From positions 1 to 56,891 of IMG/VR virus record IMGVR_UViG_3300024261_000036: DNA of 56,891 bases; one strand, 5' to 3'. Made by a program: the position numbers and the translations under genes. The number at the start of each line of letters is the position of its first letter. The stretch's first letter is position 1. Positions 1-6,226 of the stretch are shown here, piece after piece. The notes below the pieces were generated by a model. The model was not told the DNA's origin. It did not search any database and saw nothing but the letters and a program-made list of their open reading frames with translations. The stretch comes from a virus. Its lineage: Duplodnaviria > Caudoviricetes.

Positions 1-22
1 TTTCCTCAGCGCTTCCGGGGAT

Positions 23-148
23 GATATCCCCAAAAGACGCGAGGCCTCCGGTGCCTTGTGCCATGCCATATCATGTATCCTCTGGGTTAATCACCGCAGA
101 CTCAATGACGTTCAAACATTGGGCAGGCGTGCGCTCCGGGAAAGACAG
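23..148. repeat. Terminal overlap, copy 1 (identical to 56766..56891); contig circularises
   Basis: 126 bp gatatccccaaaag...gggaaagacag are identical at both contig ends; the length is typical of a de Bruijn assembly overlap. Confidence 0.95.
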
Positions 149-277
149 AGCCAGCTCCTTGCCCAAATGAGCCATCATGAACCGGGCGTCCACACTCGAA
201 TGGATAAAGAGCTGCACCCGCCAACCCTCACCGTCCTCTTCAGGCTCCACCCCAATGGGGCAAATCTTAACTATCAT
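71..277 (-). CDS. Hypothetical protein (68 aa), directly upstream of the metallophosphoesterase gene on the circle
   Basis: ATG at 277 follows AGGTGA; the stop at 71-73 lies 1 nt before the ATG at 69 (= 56812). Confidence 0.6.
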   Translation of the reverse strand: MIVKICPIGVEPEEDGEGWRVQLFIHSSVDARFMMAHLGKELALSFPERTPAQCLNVIESAVINPEDT

Positions 278-443
278 ATCGTCACCTATGTCGCATTGCG
301 TCAACTGTCCGTCAGGCCGCTCAGGCGCAGCAAGCCCAGATTAACGAGCCAGGAACCCACATGCAAAAGCCGATATGAGAATTTGGTGTGTAATTTTTGT
401 GGGGGGTTATCCTATTCTGTCCAATCTGAATTTGGGGAAAGCT

Positions 444-490
444 CCCCCCCCCCGGGGGGGGGGATGCGTTGCCGTTGCCGTTGCCGTTGC
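444..490. repeat. C10G10 palindrome followed by (CGTTGC)x4
   Basis: Read directly: 10 C (444-453), 10 G (454-463), four CGTTGC units (467-490), abutting the Gp88 stop codon. Confidence 0.9.
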
Positions 491-1390
491 CTAATTATTG
501 AAAAACGGGCTGTCGATTAGATCCTTATTGTTTGGTGTCGACTTCAATTTAAGCCAAACAATCGAATTAGGTTTGTCTATTGGTCTGATGTCGTGGGCGT
601 CTCCATCAACCGTTTGATAATTCCAGAAGCGGGCCGGTCTTTCCCGAATGCCGACAACCGCAACCGATCCGCCGTTTGCCATCACCTCTTTGCAAAGCGC
701 TGCATTGTAACCGCTAAACGAGTGCACTAGGTGGTAATTGCCGGGTGGATTTCGTCCGAAGACTTTTGTATAATCGTAGAAGCGGCGCATGGGTCTTCTC
801 GCCGAAGAAAAGTCAAGACCACAGTCGTTCCCTGAGTACATCTCAAAAAGCCAAGGGGCTACCAATTCGAACGGAATATCTGAGAGTACGTTCAGGCGAA
901 TAAACGTCTTCGGGTCCAGCTTATCGATGGCGTAGACAAGCAACCGCAAGAATGCTTCGGGGTCTGCTAGCAATGCAACTGATCGACAAATCTTAATTTG
1001 TTCGTTGTATTCCAAGACATTATGACCGGATCCGTTTAGACATGCCTTAATACAGTCTTTCGATGCTCCGACGCAGAAATTGACCGGTTCGTTTAGCCAG
1101 TGTCCAGCTGTCTTATGAGGTGAAAGTGCAAGGCCGATTGCTTTTTCCTCTTGTGTCCCGATTTTCTCGAGCTTGAAATTCTGGCTGAGCAATGCGCTAG
1201 CAAGCTTGGTCGAGCTCGAGTATTGCTTAATTGCCGGGAAAAATGGGAAGATCCGTTCGTATGCTTCTTCCAGGCTGATGGCCATCACACGTCTGCGAGT
1301 CGTGATAGGCAAGCGGGATGCTCGAAGGGCCTTTAAAGGCATTCCAATTACCGCCTCGAGATTGCTTAGGATTGATAGTGCTTTAGACAT
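491..1390 (-). CDS. Gp88-family phage protein (Cys-rich, CX6CX3C)
   Basis: Motifs CVGASKDCIKAC, RLNVLSDI, FYDYTK, NYHLVHSFSG and VDGDAHDIRPID are characteristic of the gene product 88 family; start placed at ATG 1390 after a purine-rich leader. Confidence 0.8.
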   Translation of the reverse strand: MSKALSILSNLEAVIGMPLKALRASRLPITTRRRVMAISLEEAYERIFPFFPAIKQYSSSTKLASALLSQNFKLEKIGTQEEKAIGLALSPHKTAGHWLNEPVNFCVGASKDCIKACLNGSGHNVLEYNEQIKICRSVALLADPEAFLRLLVYAIDKLDPKTFIRLNVLSDIPFELVAPWLFEMYSGNDCGLDFSSARRPMRRFYDYTKVFGRNPPGNYHLVHSFSGYNAALCKEVMANGGSVAVVGIRERPARFWNYQTVDGDAHDIRPIDKPNSIVWLKLKSTPNNKDLIDSPFFNN

Positions 1391-1424
1391 GGTGTTTCTC
1401 TCTTTCGTGTGTGTTTTTGTTGGG

Positions 1425-2111
1425 TTATCGGGTTTCGAAGATGCGGCAAAGGCCATTCTGGTCATGAAGCTGCGCATCAATGTCTTTATGGCTTAAGATT
1501 TTAGTGCCTTGGAAATTCTCTGCATACTGCGCAAGCCATTCAGGGCTGCGGACCACGGCGCAGACCGGAGGATTCTTCCGTGGGTCGTCCATCTGTTTCT
1601 TGATTTGACGGATTACTTCAGCGCGTTTTCCATTCTTCTTGGATTCTTGGCTCCAGACGTGGATGGGTGTTGCAAAAGTCGCGCAAAGGCCTTCGCCCGT
1701 CTTTGAATATTCCCCGTAACATAGATAGATCGGGGCCCATGTGAGGCTGAATTCGGATAGGATCGCATCTACGAACAAGCCTGTAAGGGCTTGTTTTACT
1801 TGTTCTTTTTCGGCCTTGCGTACGTATTCGCAGGATTCTTCAATTCCAAAATATCGGACTATTTCAGCGCCGGGGTTTTGGCCGTTAACGTATTGATTTA
1901 TCATAACTTTTCGCTCCTGCGCTTTTTTTGCGCAGACGATGCCCCATGATAATTCCTCGGCCAATTGGCTGATAGCGATGGCGTCACCGGGAACCATCCC
2001 TGCCAGATAGCTCGATACCAATGGGATGTTATGGCCAAGCGCAAGCTTGCGCGCCAAGCTCTGGTCTTTGCTGCCGCGAATTAAGCTTGATATTTTGAGA
2101 TAATTTTTCAT
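1425..2111 (-). CDS. Hypothetical protein (228 aa)
   Basis: Long ORF in an operon with the Gp88 gene; ATGA overlap with the upstream 23-aa ORF. Confidence 0.7.
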   Translation of the reverse strand: MKNYLKISSLIRGSKDQSLARKLALGHNIPLVSSYLAGMVPGDAIAISQLAEELSWGIVCAKKAQERKVMINQYVNGQNPGAEIVRYFGIEESCEYVRKAEKEQVKQALTGLFVDAILSEFSLTWAPIYLCYGEYSKTGEGLCATFATPIHVWSQESKKNGKRAEVIRQIKKQMDDPRKNPPVCAVVRSPEWLAQYAENFQGTKILSHKDIDAQLHDQNGLCRIFETR

Positions 2112-2179
2112 ACCGCACCCCCGAAAATTGTCGCCACTGTTGCTGCCGCTAGGATTAGATCTAAGATATTTTGAAACAT
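2108..2179 (-). CDS. Small hydrophobic peptide MFQNILDLILAAATVATIFGGAV (23 aa, one putative TM helix)
   Basis: Not in the ORF track; shares a 14-nt leader with the Gp88 gene and its TGA overlaps the next ATG (ATGA). Confidence 0.6.
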   Translation of the reverse strand: MFQNILDLILAAATVATIFGGAV

Positions 2180-2246
2180 GATTTTTCTCTTTCGTGTGTT
2201 GTGTTTTCTGCCTACGCAGGTCAAAAAGTGATCTGCGTCTTTAACA

Positions 2247-2276
2247 ACACTACCATGTATTTATAAAAAAGTGCAA
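2247..2276 (-). promoter_or_regulatory. Putative sigma70-type leftward promoter
   Basis: TTGCAC (-35), 18-nt AT-rich spacer ending TGG, TAGTGT (-10), upstream of the 2179 operon. Confidence 0.5.
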
Positions 2277-2309
2277 GGTCAATAAAGAAAGATCTGCATA
2301 AAAAGATCC

Positions 2310-2356
2310 GCATCCCGGTTCAGCTGCGTCCCGGTTCAGCTGCGTCCCGGTTCAGG
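2310..2356. repeat. 16-bp tandem repeat x3 (GCGTCCCGGTTCAGCT)
   Basis: gcatcccggttcagct / gcgtcccggttcagct / gcgtcccggttcagg. Confidence 0.9.
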
Positions 2357-3037
2357 CGGTTCTTGAGAACCGCCCATTAATAGGTGTAGCGCGTTTTAGG
2401 CATGCACTACGCGGAACCGTTTAGGCGGTTCCGTCAAGTGCCTGTTATATATGGGGTTTTGCCATATGCGGTACCGCGTACCGCGTAAACCCTTGAAATA
2501 TAGGCGGTTCTGAATACGCAGAATCGCGTACATTTCTCAAAATCCAAAACAAAACCATTTCCGCTTACGCGGTTCCATCCGAAGGAATGGGAACCGCTGA
2601 GCGCCGACCAGTTCCAATAAATCAGATCGCCGTGCGGCAGATTGCCGTGCAGGTTAGGCGGTTCTGAAAAGCAGAACCGAAGCAGTTCCGCGTAACGACC
2701 CCCCACCCCCGCACCTACGCAGAACCGCATAGCGGAACGCCGGCCGGAATGGACGCGGAAGGAACGCGGAACCGCATAAGGGAGCGCCGACCCGGAACCG
2801 GCCCACGCGGAACCCAATAAGCGGAACAGCCATACGCAGATTGCCGTGCAGGCTTCAGCTTACGCAGAACTTTGAGTGAACACACAGATTGCCGTGTACG
2901 CAGAACATAACATATGACTCATATATTATTTTTCATGTCCCTCTTACGCGGAACATGCCCCTACTCCCCATCCCCATTGCCGTCTGGATTGCCGTCCAGG
3001 TCCAGGTTGCCGTCCAGATTCCCGTGTGCGTTGCCGT
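2310..3037. repeat. Dense array of short GAACC/GGTTC, GCRGAAC and TTGCCGT motifs, mostly intergenic and running into the terS 3' end
   Basis: 16 GAACC/GGTTC cores in 2317-2814 in both orientations; 17-bp direct repeat GCAGATTGCCGTGCAGG (2637, 2836); 7 TTGCCGT in 2642-3037. Confidence 0.85.
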
Positions 3038-3575
3038 GTGGTTCTATCTCCGCGTCTATAACTTCCGGCTCATCGTCTGCAGCCGAAAGCGCAGACTTCA
3101 AGCCGTCGGCCCAGGAGACCGCAACCTGCACCGGATTCTCTCCACCTTCGATGGTGGTGACGCTCTTCCTGGCCCAATTTTGATGATAGCTACGCTCCAA
3201 GAACCACGTGGCCGCACGCCAATCTTCTTTGTCTAACGCAGTAGATGCAACAGTCTCGACGAGACGCTGTTCTAGCTGTGCCCGTGCTTGAGAGACCTCC
3301 CTGTAAAGCTTGATGTATATCAGGGCATTAGAGGGCGTTGCTGCGCCATCAGCTAAGCCACTGTATTCTTTACCCTTATCGAGCCATAGGTGCAGCGTAG
3401 TCTCGTCAACATTCACCAGCTTAGCCGCCGTCGTCAAAAACAGCCCCCTCGACACAGCGTCAATGATTTTTCCCAGGGTATCTGGGGTCAGCGTAGACCT
3501 GTGTGCTATCGCCCGCTGTTTTTTGGCCAGGGAACTGGTCACTTGATATATTCCTGTCACTGATTGTTTGTTCAA
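2961..3575 (-). CDS. terS: Putative terminase small subunit (HTH protein)
   Basis: N-terminal HTH (LTTAAKLVNVDETTLHLWL), helical middle, DWRAATWFLER motif typical of TerS-like proteins; true start may be GTG 3542. Confidence 0.65.
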   Translation of the reverse strand: MNKQSVTGIYQVTSSLAKKQRAIAHRSTLTPDTLGKIIDAVSRGLFLTTAAKLVNVDETTLHLWLDKGKEYSGLADGAATPSNALIYIKLYREVSQARAQLEQRLVETVASTALDKEDWRAATWFLERSYHQNWARKSVTTIEGGENPVQVAVSWADGLKSALSAADDEPEVIDAEIEPHGNAHGNLDGNLDLDGNPDGNGDGE

Positions 3576-3846
3576 TTGTTGTCATGTGGAGATCATTTCG
3601 TCAACTTCGGTGTCCTGCGACATGCCGATTTGTGCAGATCTACCCATGTCAAGCTACGTTGTGTAACCCAATAACTATGCACTGTTTTTTAAATAACAGA
3701 TCCCTGTGTTTTATTTGGTGATCTGAGCAGATCTATGCAAGTGGCCAACAACCCTGGGGAATATCCCATCGCCAGCGTGGGTGTATAAGGAACAGGGCTC
3801 CATCCTATATATTTCAGCGACTTGTAAAATAGTTTTGGTTTTGTGC

Positions 3847-3875
3847 TTGCACTGCGTGGTGTTTTCAGGCCTAAT
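3847..3875 (+). promoter_or_regulatory. Putative sigma70-type rightward early promoter
   Basis: TTGCAC, 17 nt, CCTAAT; same -35 hexamer as the leftward promoter at 2271-2276. Confidence 0.5.
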
Positions 3876-4198
3876 CGATCTCAGAACACAGGAGGTGAGA
3901 CATGAATGACTGAAGAGGATGCCGGAGGACGCCCCCCTCTGTCCGGCTGCTCACACGCGGGAGATACGCGCCCTTCAATGCGATGCGCCCGGACCCCAGG
4001 CATCCCGGCTGGGGATTTGGCGTGACAGATAGGAGCGAATCATATGTGACAGCAAGGCGAAAGCGCCACCAACGCCTGCAACAACGCGGGACATTACTCC
4101 CCTCAGTGACGCCCAAATACGGCTAGAGGACGACGAGACCGCTCCCAGGCTAATGCGGCTGGGCTTGATACGTGTAACCCCTGACCCCGGAGGACATC

Positions 4199-4747
4199 AT
4201 GAGACTCACAGACGACCGACTCGCCACAACCGAGTACTCCCGCGACCTGGACGAGAACATCCACGTTCGCTCGTTCACCCTCGCTGCCAAAACTGAGGAT
4301 CTGCTCAGTGCGCTCCAATTCGCGATCTGCGGCGAGTACGCGTTTGTGTATCCGAGTGACGAGTCCGGCGAGAGCGAGATCGGGTTCAGCCAGTGCTGGG
4401 ACGAGTCCGAGCGCGGCTGGGAGACCACCATATTCGTCACTGCCCCACGTGACGAGATCAAACGCGCTGTGCGCGACCTGCGCCGTGTCTACCGGCACAT
4501 ATCAGCGACGATCCGCATCGACCTATGGACAGCCCCTGAGAGCGCCAAGAACGGTCTGCTCGCGGGCGACTGGGTCACGTGTGGCGACTACGTGCGCGGA
4601 CCAAACGTGCCGCCGATGATCGCCAAAGTGGCCGGATGGCGCGGACAAACGATGCAGGTGATCCACGCAGACATCGACACTGGACGATTCGACGACGAAC
4701 AATACGCGACCCTACGACGAGGACTATCGGTCACTCGCGCAGATTGA
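4199..4747 (+). CDS. Hypothetical early protein (182 aa)
   Basis: GGAGG SD; first long ORF of the rightward early operon. Confidence 0.75.
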   Translation: MRLTDDRLATTEYSRDLDENIHVRSFTLAAKTEDLLSALQFAICGEYAFVYPSDESGESEIGFSQCWDESERGWETTIFVTAPRDEIKRAVRDLRRVYRHISATIRIDLWTAPESAKNGLLAGDWVTCGDYVRGPNVPPMIAKVAGWRGQTMQVIHADIDTGRFDDEQYATLRRGLSVTRAD

Positions 4748-4764
4748 GAAACTGAACCACCACC

Positions 4765-4779
4765 GAGGCATTGCCTCAC
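4765..4779. promoter_or_regulatory. Palindromic element GAGGCA-T-TGCCTC(AC), copy 1
   Basis: 15 bp identical to 5150-5164; immediately upstream of an SD. Confidence 0.6.
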
Positions 4780-4790
4780 AGGGAGACGAC

Positions 4791-5126
4791 ATGAAAAAGA
4801 TGCAAATCAGAGACAGGCAGGTCGACGTTTTCCAAAAGTCAGACATCCAGAACCTGGCCGAGCGTGGTATTTTCGAGCTGGCAGCTCACTACTGGTGCGC
4901 TGACTGGGAGGACGACGGGTCGCCCGCTCACGGGACTTGCGTTGCTGGAAACGGTCTCGCTGTCTGGTATTGTGCACCGCGCAAGCGCAGCCCCCGACTT
5001 CTGATCGTCGTGCAGCCCCCGCACAACGCAACGGGATGCGAGCCCCATCACGAGGGGACCCTCGCGTGGCTCAGGGAGCGCCTCGGAACTGAGGACGTCT
5101 GCTACTGTCCGGGAAACGTGGACTAG
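4791..5126 (+). CDS. Hypothetical early protein (111 aa)
   Basis: GGGAG SD, ATG start, same operon orientation. Confidence 0.75.
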   Translation: MKKMQIRDRQVDVFQKSDIQNLAERGIFELAAHYWCADWEDDGSPAHGTCVAGNGLAVWYCAPRKRSPRLLIVVQPPHNATGCEPHHEGTLAWLRERLGTEDVCYCPGNVD

Positions 5127-5149
5127 AGCCGGGAAACGAAACACAAACA

Positions 5150-5164
5150 GAGGCATTGCCTCAC
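5150..5164. promoter_or_regulatory. Palindromic element GAGGCA-T-TGCCTC(AC), copy 2
   Basis: Identical to 4765-4779; upstream of the SD of the 5179 ORF. Confidence 0.6.
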
Positions 5165-5178
5165 GCACAGGAGATATT

Positions 5179-5373
5179 ATGACCACCAACAGCAAACCGC
5201 GACCGGGCGCGATTGATCACGTCAGATTCGAAAAAATCAACAACCGATGGGTTGCAATGATTTTCGTCGATCCAGCCACATGCGTGTCGTGGCAAACAGT
5301 CGGAACGCTGCGCGACTGCGAACTGATCGCCCGCACCCAACTCTCAGAAATCCCAACATTTTTCACCAACTAG
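5179..5373 (+). CDS. Hypothetical early protein (64 aa)
   Basis: AGGAG SD, ATG start. Confidence 0.7.
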   Translation: MTTNSKPRPGAIDHVRFEKINNRWVAMIFVDPATCVSWQTVGTLRDCELIARTQLSEIPTFFTN

Positions 5374-5384
5374 CAGGAGACGAC

Positions 5385-5891
5385 ATGACCAAATTCAACA
5401 CATATTCCGAGGCTCTGACCCACGTTCAAAACTCGTTTTCTGCCGATTTCGAGTGGGGCGGCCTCGCTAACGCGGAGGGATTCGCCAGTTATCTGTTTTC
5501 ATGGCCAGGCGGTTTGTCGGACTACCTGCGCTACGTAGGCGAAAACCCTGCGGACTACGGTCTGCCCGAGCCCGCCCCCGAGCGTTCCCCTGCTCGATAT
5601 GAGCTGACTGACTTTGATATCGATCAAGCCGAGATCCAGCTCGCGGTTCACGATGTGGCGAACAATGAGTATAGCTGGCTGCACGTCAGCAGTGCCGGCT
5701 ATGTCGATTCCCTGGACCCGTTCGGCAGTCGCGACGAGGTGAGCAACGATCACAGATTCGTGGGCGCTGCCCGTGTGGCTGCTGTCGAGTGGTTTTGCTC
5801 TGAGTTCGCAGACGAGATTGATGGGGAGGGCGACATTTTAGCGCTGTCTCTTGCGAAGAAAAATTATCTTTGTGGAAGGGACCCGTCATGA
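5385..5891 (+). CDS. Acidic hypothetical early protein (168 aa)
   Basis: AGGAG SD before ATG 5385; about 29 D/E versus 10 K/R. Confidence 0.75.
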   Translation: MTKFNTYSEALTHVQNSFSADFEWGGLANAEGFASYLFSWPGGLSDYLRYVGENPADYGLPEPAPERSPARYELTDFDIDQAEIQLAVHDVANNEYSWLHVSSAGYVDSLDPFGSRDEVSNDHRFVGAARVAAVEWFCSEFADEIDGEGDILALSLAKKNYLCGRDPS

Positions 5892-6223
5892 CTCGCGAAT
5901 CAGTCAACATAGAGCTGCCAGACTCAAACCGCGAATTGGAATGGGACGATCATTTGGGCGAGGGCGTCCTGCGGTCATGGGAAGTGGAGAAATTCCCCAA
6001 GCCGGAGCCGGGATCAGATCTTCTTGTCGAGTGGTTTTTTGACGATGAAGACCTGCATTATTCCTGCATCGAAGACGCGTGTCCGCGCCTGGCTGAAGCG
6101 CTCGCGGAATCTCGCAGCGGTGCAAAAGTTTGCGGCAGGCTGCTGGAGTTCAAAATTGTCCCCGCAGAGGATGGCAAGTCGCTAAGGGTTGAAACTTTAC
6201 ATGCAATTTGGGTGGAGGGATAG
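5888..6223 (+). CDS. Acidic hypothetical early protein (111 aa)
   Basis: ATGA overlap with the previous gene; about 26 D/E versus 12 K/R. Confidence 0.7.
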   Translation: MTRESVNIELPDSNRELEWDDHLGEGVLRSWEVEKFPKPEPGSDLLVEWFFDDEDLHYSCIEDACPRLAEALAESRSGAKVCGRLLEFKIVPAEDGKSLRVETLHAIWVEG

Positions 6224-6226
6224 ATC

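Noticed and set aside
23-148. Biological direct terminal repeat
   Set aside because: 126 bp matches a typical assembler k-1 overlap and falls inside coding sequence; more likely a circularisation artefact.
56-520. 154-aa plus-strand ORF ending in RCRCRCRC
   Set aside because: The peptide repeat is a by-product of the CGTTGC DNA repeat, and the ORF opposes better-supported minus-strand genes.
2310-2955. CRISPR array
   Set aside because: Repeats are 5-17 bp, irregularly spaced and in both orientations, with no constant-length spacers and no cas genes.
3910-3930. Hammerhead ribozyme (CUGAAGA core)
   Set aside because: No GAAA core segment follows a closing stem II at a suitable distance.
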